Part shown: positions 18,256-26,665 of the stretch, one piece after another | How the letters are laid out: the number at the start of each line of letters is the position of its first letter | Position numbering within the stretch: position 1 is the stretch's first letter | From: Acidobacteriota bacterium | GTDB lineage: Bacteria; Acidobacteriota; Blastocatellia; Pyrinomonadales; Pyrinomonadaceae | Assembly: GCA_040006435.1 (NCBI GenBank) | Contig: JBDTWZ010000001.1 | Span: forward strand, 1-53,580 | Direction: 5' to 3' | Length of the DNA: 53,580 bases | Translations under genes and position numbers: made by a program | The notes under the pieces: model-generated | Seen by the model: only the letters and a program-made list of their open reading frames with translations | What the model was told of the DNA's origin: nothing | The model's database searches: none

Positions 18256-18840
18256 ATGAAACTCGGACTACTCTGCCTGCTGCTGTTGTTACCCTCCTTT
18301 GCTTTCTCGGGCGAGATCGAGGAACAAAACAAAGCTCTCGCACGTCGCTTCTACGAAGAAGTATGGTTCAAAAACAATCCTGCGGCGGTCGATGAAAGCT
18401 TCGCGCCGACCTACATCGCCCACGACATCGGAGATCGCAAGAACTCGATGGAGCCGGCGGACGAGCAGAAGAAGATCGCCCAGTTCTTTTGGGACCGCGG
18501 ATCGATGACCGGTACGATCGATTACCAGATCGCCGAGGGCGATCTGGTCGCGACGCGCTGGCAGTGGTATTTCAAACCGAACGTCTGGTGGATGAAGCTG
18601 CTCGGCGGCAGCGAGCAGCACATCCCGATCATAAACGTCATGCGCATTCGCGATGGCAAGATAGTCGAGATCTGGAACCACCGACACGACATCGACACGA
18701 TGCAGGCGAACTTCATTTTTGTGAAAGGGTTGGTCGCGGGGCTGATTCCATCTATCATACTTCTGGTTTTGATGTTCTTGATGTGGCGAAGATCACGGAG
18801 GAATAGGATTTTGAGTCCGCGTCCGACGCGAGAAGCTTGA
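18256..18840 (+). CDS. SnoaL-like (ester cyclase-type) protein with C-terminal membrane anchor
   Basis: Signal peptide, NKALARRFYEEVW motif typical of SnoaL-like folds, and a C-terminal hydrophobic helix LVAGLIPSIILLVLMFLMW. Confidence 0.6.
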   Translation: MKLGLLCLLLLLPSFAFSGEIEEQNKALARRFYEEVWFKNNPAAVDESFAPTYIAHDIGDRKNSMEPADEQKKIAQFFWDRGSMTGTIDYQIAEGDLVATRWQWYFKPNVWWMKLLGGSEQHIPIINVMRIRDGKIVEIWNHRHDIDTMQANFIFVKGLVAGLIPSIILLVLMFLMWRRSRRNRILSPRPTREA

Positions 18841-18843
18841 TAT

Positions 18844-19548
18844 ATGAAAATCACAGTCTCATTCACATGCCTGATGCTTTTGTCCGCGACCACCGCGCAA
18901 TTCGCCCCGGCCCAATCGACCTTTAACTCCATGGCAGATATCAAACAGACACCGCCAATTTCGATACCGGAAGCGGCCGTGAAAAGCGGCATCAGCGGTG
19001 AAGTGCGCGTTTCCGTTAAGGTCGATCGGGAAGGAAATGTCGCAAGCGTCGCCGGTGCGTACGGACCTGGATCTGTATGCCAGCAGGTTACGCGGGCGGA
19101 CGTTATCGCCTTGCGAGAGGCGGCTCGCGACGCAGCAAAGAATGCTAAGTTTGAGCCGGCGAGAAAAGACGGACGATTTGCCGAGGTTGGATGGGTGCGT
19201 TTTGATATTCCCGTTCGCTCGGCAGACGACGATGAAAAGGTCCTACGTTTCAGTGCCGCGGGCGGCAACGGTGCCGACGGATACGGCTTTCTAAAAACTA
19301 ACGGTATCAGTCTCCCTAAGCCTCCCTACCCGGCCGCCGCACGGGCACTCCGAGCGACCGGCGGTGTTTCTATCGAATTGCTGATCGACGAGAATGGTGA
19401 CGTATTCTCTGCCGCGCCCGTTAGTGGCCATCCCCTACTGCGATTCGCGGCGCGGGACGCGGCATGCGAGGCCAAGTTCAAGCCAACTTTACTCGGCGGC
19501 AAGCCGGTGAAGATCGCCGGCGTGATCACCTATTCCTTTCGCCCGTAA
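18844..19548 (+). CDS. secreted protein with two TonB-C-like domains (paralogue of 17471..18181)
   Basis: Same architecture as 17471..18181. The C-termini are near-identical in pattern (GHPLLRFAARDAACEAKFKPTLLGGKPVKIAGVITYSFRP against GHPFLVKSAREAACESKFSPTIIEGKPVKVTGIITYNYVP). Confidence 0.7.
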   Translation: MKITVSFTCLMLLSATTAQFAPAQSTFNSMADIKQTPPISIPEAAVKSGISGEVRVSVKVDREGNVASVAGAYGPGSVCQQVTRADVIALREAARDAAKNAKFEPARKDGRFAEVGWVRFDIPVRSADDDEKVLRFSAAGGNGADGYGFLKTNGISLPKPPYPAAARALRATGGVSIELLIDENGDVFSAAPVSGHPLLRFAARDAACEAKFKPTLLGGKPVKIAGVITYSFRP

Positions 19549-19649
19549 TCCTCCCGCTTATCGTTTGTAAATTGAAGTTACCGCGCGAAAGTATTATTTT
19601 TGATGAACATTTTGCGCGACTTAGCGCCTGATCAAAGACGGAGACCCTG

Positions 19650-21545
19650 GTGAAACCGACAAACATTAACGATCCCGAATATTTTCATAAGGTGGTGGAT
19701 TGCCAGTACGCATGTCCGGCCCACACACCGGTGCCGGAGTACATTCGCCTCATCGCCGAGGGAAAGTACACCGAGGCGTACATGATCAACTGGGACTCGA
19801 ATGTATTTCCCGGAATCCTCGGGCGTACATGCGATCGCCCGTGCGAACCGGCATGCCGGCGCGGCCGCATTGACGAAGAGCCGGTTGCGATCTGTCGTCT
19901 GAAGCGCGTTGCCGCGGATAATAAAGACGATGTCAAACATTTGATGCCGCAGGCGCCGTTCAAGCCGAACGGAAAAAAGGTGGCGCTGATCGGCGCCGGT
20001 CCTGCTTCCCTGACGGTCGCACGCGATCTGGCACCGCTCGGCTACGAGATCCATCTGTTCGACGAACAGTACAAGGGCGGCGGGTTTATGCTCAGCCAGA
20101 TCCCCGCGTTTCGTCTGCCCGAAACGGTGCTCGACGAAGAGGTAAACTACATTCTCGACCTCGGCATTCACACACACTTCAAACATTACGTCTCGTCGCT
20201 GAAAGAAGTCCTAGAGCAGGATTACGACGCCGTGTTTGTCGGCACGGGCGCACCGCGCGGACGCGAACTGAAGATCCCCGGCCGTGAAGAAGGCGCGGCG
20301 AACATTCACATCGGCATTAACTGGCTCGGCAGCGTCGCATTCGAACACACGAGCAAGATCGGCAAGAACGTCATCGTGCTCGGCGGCGGCAACACCGCGA
20401 TGGACTGCTGCCGCACCGCGCGCCGTGTCGGCGGCGAAGACGTCAAGGTCATCGTCCGCTCGCCGTTCGCCGAGATGAAGGCATCGCCGTGGGAAAAAGA
20501 AGACGCACAGCACGAGGACATCCCGATCATCGACAACCACGTACCGAAGTCATTCGTGATCGAATACGACGAAGATAACGACGCCGGGACGGATCTGTCA
20601 GAACCGCGAGCGGTAGCGACCGGGTCACCCGGTGGGAGTTCGACGCCTAAGGGCCGTCTCAAGGGCGTCATGTTCGAAAAGGTAGAAGCGAAGTACGACG
20701 CCGCCGGCAAACGTTCGCTCGTCCCGACCGGCGAGCCCGACGTGTTCTTCCCCGCCGACGATGTTCTCGTCGCAATTGGTCAGGAAAACTCGTTCCCCTG
20801 GATCGAGCGCAACATCGGTCTCGATTTCGACAAGTGGGAGATGCCGATCGTCGACAAGACGACATTTCAATCGACGCATCCGAAAGTTTTCTTCGGCGGC
20901 GACGCGGCGTTCGGTCCCGAGAATGTCATCACCGCCGTCGCTCACGGACACCAGGCGGCCGTCTCGATAGATCTGCTTTGCAACAAAAAGAATCTGCTGA
21001 CCGAGCGACTTCACCCGATGGTCAATCTCGTCTCGCAAAAGATGGGTATCCACGAATGGGCATACGACAGCGAGATCGACGAATACGACCGACTCGTCGT
21101 CCCGCAGGCGCCGAAAACAAAGACGCTCGTCAATCGAAAACAGGAAGTCGAGATGGGATTCGACCGGCTCGCCGGATTCAAGGAAGCGGAACGGTGCTTG
21201 AACTGCGATGTTCAGACCGTCTTCGACGCACCGAAATGCATCGAGTGCGACGCCTGCGTCGACATCTGCCCGACAGCCTGCATCACCTTCACCGCGAACG
21301 GCGACGAAGAAGATCTTCGCTCGCGAACAAAAGTTCCCGCCCTCACTCTCACACAGGACCTCTACGTCTCTGAGCCGCTTATCCAAACCAAACGGATCAT
21401 GGTCAAGGACGAAGACGTGTGCCTCCATTGCGGCCTCTGCGCCGAACGCTGCCCGACCGCCGCCTGGGACATGCAAAAATTCTGGTACGACGTGACGAAG
21501 GCCGGCGAGGTCAAGTACGGGTGTAATGGAAATGGTGGGGGGTAA
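19650..21545 (+). CDS. GltD-like FAD/NAD(P)-dependent oxidoreductase fused to a 2x[4Fe-4S] ferredoxin domain, with an in-frame repeat insertion
   Basis: N-terminal Fe-S segment CQYACPAHTP...CDRPCEPAC, dinucleotide folds VALIGAGPASL and VIVLGGGNTAMD, C-terminal CLNCD...CIECDACVDICP and CLHCGLCAERCP. GTG start after GGAGA. Confidence 0.85.
   Translation: MKPTNINDPEYFHKVVDCQYACPAHTPVPEYIRLIAEGKYTEAYMINWDSNVFPGILGRTCDRPCEPACRRGRIDEEPVAICRLKRVAADNKDDVKHLMPQAPFKPNGKKVALIGAGPASLTVARDLAPLGYEIHLFDEQYKGGGFMLSQIPAFRLPETVLDEEVNYILDLGIHTHFKHYVSSLKEVLEQDYDAVFVGTGAPRGRELKIPGREEGAANIHIGINWLGSVAFEHTSKIGKNVIVLGGGNTAMDCCRTARRVGGEDVKVIVRSPFAEMKASPWEKEDAQHEDIPIIDNHVPKSFVIEYDEDNDAGTDLSEPRAVATGSPGGSSTPKGRLKGVMFEKVEAKYDAAGKRSLVPTGEPDVFFPADDVLVAIGQENSFPWIERNIGLDFDKWEMPIVDKTTFQSTHPKVFFGGDAAFGPENVITAVAHGHQAAVSIDLLCNKKNLLTERLHPMVNLVSQKMGIHEWAYDSEIDEYDRLVVPQAPKTKTLVNRKQEVEMGFDRLAGFKEAERCLNCDVQTVFDAPKCIECDACVDICPTACITFTANGDEEDLRSRTKVPALTLTQDLYVSEPLIQTKRIMVKDEDVCLHCGLCAERCPTAAWDMQKFWYDVTKAGEVKYGCNGNGGG
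20597..20660 (+). repeat. GTAGCGACC-type repeat inside the GltD-like gene
   Basis: GTCAGAACCGCGAGCGGTAGCGACCGGGTCACCCG (20597-20631) matches the reverse complement of 16778-16812 at 33/35. It is followed by GACGCCTAAGGGCCGTC, which resembles the REP hairpin core. Confidence 0.8.
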
Positions 21546-21556
21546 GTAAGGATTTG

Positions 21557-22168
21557 ATGGAGAAGTTAGTTTCGACAAGTATCGTTGTTAGTTTCGCTAT
21601 TGCGATTGCGGCATCGGTAAGTTGTTCTTTCTTTTCATCTGAAAGCCTCGTTGGCGCTCAATCTAATAACCCTGTTACCGTTCCAACGCCGTCGCCAACC
21701 GAGTCTGAGGTTTCCCCACTTAGTTCGAATGATTTAGCGACGCTTAAGAAGTACGCGGAGGCGTATGAACCAAAATCGGGACGAGAGGTTATTCCGTCAC
21801 CGCCAATCCCCAATGACCGGATTTCCGAGATAATAGCAAAGGCATCAAAGTCGAACTCGCGCGATCACGAGGCGTTCATCATTCTGATTTTCCTCCGGCT
21901 TTCTAGGTTTCAGATCGAACACTTTAGACAACGTTACGAATTGGGGCGTGATAATCCCCTAACGCGCGAGTTCTATCGGCTCATTGGCGAAAACGATTAC
22001 GCGCGGCGGGAGATCATGCTGGCTTACTTAGCCGATAACTACGTAGAGAAGAATCCCGAGCTCCTAAACTACCCGCTGATTGATGCCGAGATGCAAAGAA
22101 TCGATATGGCAGGGAAAAAGATCGAGAACGAGTTGAACAGGATAAGACGAACGTCAACAGTACGGTGA
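21557..22168 (+). CDS. hypothetical exported protein
   Basis: Hydrophobic N-terminus. Visibly more AT-rich than the neighbouring genes and adjacent to the RAYT/REP locus. ATG 21557 is preferred over TTG 21554. Confidence 0.55.
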   Translation: MEKLVSTSIVVSFAIAIAASVSCSFFSSESLVGAQSNNPVTVPTPSPTESEVSPLSSNDLATLKKYAEAYEPKSGREVIPSPPIPNDRISEIIAKASKSNSRDHEAFIILIFLRLSRFQIEHFRQRYELGRDNPLTREFYRLIGENDYARREIMLAYLADNYVEKNPELLNYPLIDAEMQRIDMAGKKIENELNRIRRTSTVR

Positions 22169-22183
22169 TCTTAGCGATTGTCG

Positions 22184-22501
22184 CGGAGCGACCACATGCA
22201 TTTAGCCGTGGCCTTAAGGCCACGGCTTCCGACGACCCGTTCCTGCCGCATCAGCGGTAGTTGGTTCAATTGCCGCTAACGCGGCAAGAATTACTTGCAT
22301 CCTCCAACCGTGGCCTGAAGGCCACGGCTAAAGGCGTCTGCCCGCTACGCGGTCAGCTCGCCGGATCGAGGGTCGAGGCGACGCGGTCGGGTCGAGGCAA
22401 GGTGGGCGAGGCAAGGTCGTCGCGTAGCGACCGCATGCATTTAGCCGTGGCCTTAAGGCCACGGTTTTCCGACGACCCCGTTCCTGCCGCGTCAGCGGTA
22501 G
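22184..22501. repeat. cluster of three REP units (alternating orientation, BIME-like)
   Basis: Units of about 80 nt. Each has a GTAG-containing head (CGCGTAGCGACC), hairpin core GCCGTGGCC-loop-GGCCACGGC (cores at 22205-22226, 22308-27, 22444-64) and a second small hairpin CTGCCGC-NTCA-GCGGTAG. The middle unit is inverted. Confidence 0.9.
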
Positions 22502-22507
22502 GTGAAA

Positions 22508-22960
22508 TCAATCGAAAACATATTGCAGGTCGTACTCGATGCCATGCAGCCTGAGCAGCGAGATATATTCCTCTTCGAAGGTCTCGCCATTGTGATGCTC
22601 CCGCTGGTTCTCGATGTATCGAATTACGTCCGGAACTTGTGATTTACTTACGGAGAATATCCCGTAGCCGTCCTGCCAGCCGAAATAGCTCAGGTTCGAG
22701 AATTCGTCGTGAATCCACTTGGAAGAGCCACCTTTTAGCCACATTGGGATCTTGCACGGCGGAACGACCGGCTTCGCCATAACAAGTCCGTGAACGTGAT
22801 TCTCGATGCCTCCAACTCTTAAAGAGGTTACGTCGTGTTTCCGTGCGATTCCGCCGATATAGTTCCAAACACGTTCTTCGATCTCTTGGTAAATAAAGTT
22901 ACGCCGCTCTTTCGTACTAAAGACGATGTGGTAGAAGAGTTGGGAATACGTGTTTGCCAT
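22508..22960 (-). CDS. REP-associated tyrosine transposase (RAYT; IS200/IS605 TnpA Y1 family)
   Basis: 150 aa with HUH motif HVHGLV, catalytic-Tyr region WQDGYG, and N-terminal YHIVFSTKERR typical of Y1 transposases. REPs flank it on both sides in inverted orientation. Confidence 0.9.
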   Translation of the reverse strand: MANTYSQLFYHIVFSTKERRNFIYQEIEERVWNYIGGIARKHDVTSLRVGGIENHVHGLVMAKPVVPPCKIPMWLKGGSSKWIHDEFSNLSYFGWQDGYGIFSVSKSQVPDVIRYIENQREHHNGETFEEEYISLLRLHGIEYDLQYVFD

Positions 22961-22978
22961 CGTCGTAGATTCCGTTCA

Positions 22979-23050
22979 TCTACCGCTGAGGCGGCAATGT
23001 GACCGTGGCCTAAAGGGCCACGGCTAAATGCGTGCGGCCGCTACGCGGCT
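22979..23050. repeat. REP unit (inverted relative to 22419-22501)
   Basis: CTACCGCTGAGGCGGCA...CCGTGGCCTAAAGGGCCACGGCTAAATGCGTGCGGCCGCTACGCGG. This is the reverse complement of the REP consensus, including the GTAG head. Confidence 0.9.
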
Positions 23051-23273
23051 GCTACCACATTTCGAGTTTGGTCCGCGGCCATCTTAGAAAGGCATCGACA
23101 AACTCGTCTTTAATTTTTCTGAATTGTTCCGAAATGCATCAGCATCCGCACGCCGAGCGACATCGCCGGTCATCCATTCAGGTCACGAAAGCTCGCACGG
23201 ACAGATGCATGTAGGGGGTAATCGGCTCCCGCGCTTGGTTCCAAGGGCACTTTCGGTTAATCCTACGTAGAGC

Positions 23274-24710
23274 ATGGAACACATCGACGTCGTAATTGTT
23301 GGAGCTGGCCTCTCCGGTATCGGAGCGGCCTGTCAGCTCAGCATGGCATGCCCGCAGAAAAGTTTCGCGATCCTCGAGGGTCGCGAGTCGATGGGCGGGA
23401 CGTGGGACTTGTTTCGATATCCCGGCGTCCGTTCCGACTCGGACATGTACACGCTTGGCTACAGGTTTCGGCCATGGCGGGATGCGAAGGCGATCGCCGA
23501 CGGACCGTCTATTCTGAATTACATCCGCGACACCGCAGCGGAGTTTGGCGTCGACAAAGAGATCCGCTACGGCCATCGGGTAAAGAAAGCTTCGTGGTCG
23601 TCAAATGACGCTCTCTGGACCGTCGAAGCGGAAACAGCGATCGGTGTCACGGAATTTACCTGCAGCTTTCTTTACACCTGCACCGGCTATTACGATTACG
23701 AGAACGGCTACACGCCCGAGTGGCCCGGCGTCGAGAAATTCCTAGGGCAGATCGTTCACCCGCAGAAGTGGCCCGAAGATCTCGACTATGTAAACAAACG
23801 CATCATCGTGATCGGCAGCGGCGCCACCGCCGTCACGCTCGTACCCGCGATGGCCGAGATAGCTGACCATGTCACGATGCTTCAACGGTCGCCGACGTAC
23901 ATCATGACGCTGCCGGCCGAAGACCGCGTAGCGAATTTTCTCCGCCGACAACTTCCCGACCGCACCGCGTACGCACTGACCCGTTGGAAGAACGTAATGC
24001 TGCAGATGTTTTTCTACGTCTTGTCACGGAAGCGTCCCGAGACGATGAAGCGTTTCATCGCCAAAGGTGCGCGGCGCGAGCTCGGCGACGCGTACGAAGC
24101 GAAACATTTCACACCACCTTACAATCCCTGGGACCAGCGTTTGTGCCTCGTGCCGGATTCGAATTTGTTTCGGGTGATCCGCGAAGGGCGTTCATCGATG
24201 GTGACGGACGAGATCGAGAGCTTTACCGAGACGGGTTTGCTCCTAAAATCAGGTGCGCGGCTCGACGCGAATATCATCGTCACCGCGACGGGCCTCAATC
24301 TGAAATTGATGGCGGGGCTACAGCTGATCGTCGATGGTTCGCCCGTGGATATGTCGAAGACGATGGCTTACAAGGGAATGATGTACAGCGACGTGCCCAA
24401 TCTCGCATCGGCCTTTGGCTACACGAATGCATCGTGGACATTGAAGTGCGACCTCACCGCGGAGTATGTCTGCCGAATATTGAATCACATGGACCGCCAC
24501 GGCTTTGCACAGTGCACACCGCGGCTGACCGATCCGTCGGTAAAGCCGGAGCGTGTGTTGGACTTCACCTCGGGTTACGTCGAGCGGGCCCTTCACACAT
24601 TGCCGAGCCAGGGTTCGAAAACGCCCTGGCGTCTTCACCAAAACTACATCAAGGATCTTTCGATGCTGCGTTACGGGCGGATCGAAGACGGGACGATGGA
24701 GTTCAAGTAG
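23274..24710 (+). CDS. flavin-containing (Baeyer-Villiger-type) monooxygenase
   Basis: FAD fold VIVGAGLSGIGAA, the FxGxxxHxxxW-like region FRYPGVRSDS, and a second dinucleotide fold VIGSGATA. Confidence 0.85.
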   Translation: MEHIDVVIVGAGLSGIGAACQLSMACPQKSFAILEGRESMGGTWDLFRYPGVRSDSDMYTLGYRFRPWRDAKAIADGPSILNYIRDTAAEFGVDKEIRYGHRVKKASWSSNDALWTVEAETAIGVTEFTCSFLYTCTGYYDYENGYTPEWPGVEKFLGQIVHPQKWPEDLDYVNKRIIVIGSGATAVTLVPAMAEIADHVTMLQRSPTYIMTLPAEDRVANFLRRQLPDRTAYALTRWKNVMLQMFFYVLSRKRPETMKRFIAKGARRELGDAYEAKHFTPPYNPWDQRLCLVPDSNLFRVIREGRSSMVTDEIESFTETGLLLKSGARLDANIIVTATGLNLKLMAGLQLIVDGSPVDMSKTMAYKGMMYSDVPNLASAFGYTNASWTLKCDLTAEYVCRILNHMDRHGFAQCTPRLTDPSVKPERVLDFTSGYVERALHTLPSQGSKTPWRLHQNYIKDLSMLRYGRIEDGTMEFK

Positions 24711-24867
24711 GATCTGCCTCCGGTGCGTGATCATCATTTACAGTGCGTCTATTCCAGGGGCAAGATCCCGGCTTCGGCGGTGTGACATGTCAGATATCGC
24801 AAGTTCACTTTTCGGCGCCGACGCAGCATCTATGAAATAATATCGGTCTTACCGCACATGGAACGTT

Positions 24868-25212
24868 ATGAACTTTCAAGCGATTCAGGACTGGTTCTTT
24901 AGCCTCGGGGCGGAATACGGGGTGAATCCGCTTATTTTCGGAGCGATCTATGTCGGGGCGATCCCATTCTTCTCTCTATCGATCGGCTGGTTGATCCGAA
25001 ATTACCGGAAAGGCAAGTCGATCGTTGCTCCTGCACTAACGGCAATGTTCTTTTTTGTTTCGGCGTACATATATTTGATTTTCGCCGGCAAGAACGTACC
25101 GTGGTGGGTGTACGGCGTCGTGGTCGTGCTTCTCGCCGTTGGTGCCTATTCAACTATTGCGAAGATACGGCGTCGGATCGCCGAACCAAGCTCGGAGAAC
25201 GTCGATGCCTGA
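24868..25212 (+). CDS. small integral membrane protein
   Basis: 114 aa with three hydrophobic helices. Its stop overlaps the next start (ATGCCTGA), which implies translational coupling. Confidence 0.65.
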   Translation: MNFQAIQDWFFSLGAEYGVNPLIFGAIYVGAIPFFSLSIGWLIRNYRKGKSIVAPALTAMFFFVSAYIYLIFAGKNVPWWVYGVVVVLLAVGAYSTIAKIRRRIAEPSSENVDA

Positions 25213-26665
25213 GATCTACGACCTGATCGTTATCGGAGGAGGATCGGCGGGCCTTGTCGCCGCCGGCGGTGCCGCGATCCTTGGAGCGCGCGTCGCCCTC
25301 ATCGAAAAGAACCGTCTCGGCGGGGATTGTCTCTACACAGGATGCGTGCCCTCGAAGACCTTGATCAAGTCTGCAAAGTTCGCCCATCAGATCCGAAACG
25401 CGAACGCTTTCGGATTCGAAGCTCTCGTACCGCGATTCGCCGGAGACTCATTCTCATCGATAACAAAACGCGTACAGGACGTGATCGAGGTGATCGAACG
25501 TCATGACGCGCCCGAGGTTTTCGAAAAGATGGGCGTTGAGGTCATCTTTGGATCGCCACAATTTTTCAATTCGGCTGAGCTGAAAGTAACGCTCAATGCC
25601 GATGGCGAGACGCGAACGATGAAGGCAAAGCGATTTTGTATTTCGACAGGTTCGCGGCCATTCGTTCCTCCGATCAAAGGACTAAAAGAGACCGGCTTCA
25701 TCACGAACGAAGAAGTTTTCCAGCTAACCGATTTGCCAAAGCGCCTCGTCGTTCTTGGCGGCGGTCCGATCGGTATCGAACTTGGGCAGGCATTTGCGCG
25801 TCTCGGTTCGAGAGTCACGATCATCGAGATGGGCGACCGAATTCTCAGCAAAGAGGACGTAGAAGTTTCGGCGTTGATCGAGGATGTCTTATCCGACGAA
25901 GGGCTCGTGATCCATACCGGGACAAAGGCGATCGAGGCCCGCACATCCGATGCCGGCACAAAGATCGTCACAGTAGAAGCCGATGGTAAGAAAGAGGAAA
26001 TCGAGTGCGACGAGATACTCGCGGCAGTCGGACGCCGGCCAAATCTTGACGGGCTCGAACTGGAGAAAGCGGGCGTCGAGTTCGATGAAAAGAAGATCAC
26101 GACCAATGATTATCTTCAGACATCACAGAAGCACATCTTCGCCGCGGGTGACGTGACCGGACACTTCCAGTTTACGCACATGGCCGATCACGAGGCCCAG
26201 ATCGTAATTCAGAATGCATTCGTTCCGTGGCCGTTCAAGAAGAAAACAGATTTTCGCGTCGTACCGTGGGCGACCTTTACCGATCCTGAGGTTGGCCGCG
26301 TCGGCGTTATCGAAGCCGAAGCCCGTGAACAGTTTGGCGATAAAGTGAAAACTTATACGGTCCGGTTCAGCGAGAATGATCGCGCTCAGGCCGAAAGTGC
26401 GACCGGTGGATTTGCAAAGGTCGTCTCGGTCGACGGCAGGATCGCCGGCGCGACGATCGTCGGTAAAAGCGCCGGCGAGTTGATCCACGAATTTGTTTGG
26501 GCCGTAAAGCAAAACCTCAAGGTCGCCGATCTTAACCGGATCATTCGCGTCTATCCGACGCTCGCCAAGATCACGCAGGCGATCGGTACCGAATCGACGC
26601 TTGAGACTCTAAGCTCGCCGTTCGTGCGGAAATGGTTCGCGCGATACCTGCGTATATGGCGGTGA
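25205..26665 (+). CDS. class I pyridine nucleotide-disulfide oxidoreductase (mercuric reductase / dihydrolipoyl dehydrogenase-like)
   Basis: DLIVIGGGSAGL FAD fold, redox-active disulfide GGDCLYTGCVPSK, NAD fold LVVLGGGPIGIELG, and a C-terminal dimerisation domain. Start moved to ATG 25205. Confidence 0.85.
   Translation: MPEIYDLIVIGGGSAGLVAAGGAAILGARVALIEKNRLGGDCLYTGCVPSKTLIKSAKFAHQIRNANAFGFEALVPRFAGDSFSSITKRVQDVIEVIERHDAPEVFEKMGVEVIFGSPQFFNSAELKVTLNADGETRTMKAKRFCISTGSRPFVPPIKGLKETGFITNEEVFQLTDLPKRLVVLGGGPIGIELGQAFARLGSRVTIIEMGDRILSKEDVEVSALIEDVLSDEGLVIHTGTKAIEARTSDAGTKIVTVEADGKKEEIECDEILAAVGRRPNLDGLELEKAGVEFDEKKITTNDYLQTSQKHIFAAGDVTGHFQFTHMADHEAQIVIQNAFVPWPFKKKTDFRVVPWATFTDPEVGRVGVIEAEAREQFGDKVKTYTVRFSENDRAQAESATGGFAKVVSVDGRIAGATIVGKSAGELIHEFVWAVKQNLKVADLNRIIRVYPTLAKITQAIGTESTLETLSSPFVRKWFARYLRIWR

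Noticed and set aside
22184-22501. Possibility that the repeated hairpins are a CRISPR array
   Set aside because: The units alternate in orientation and the spacing is irregular. The units are about 80 nt with a GTAG head, and they flank a Y1 transposase. No cas genes are present in the window.
22261-22554. 97-aa ORF (and 22014..22223) running through the REP cluster
   Set aside because: These are translations of REP hairpins (for example GLKATAKG). There is no start context, and copies occur in both orientations.
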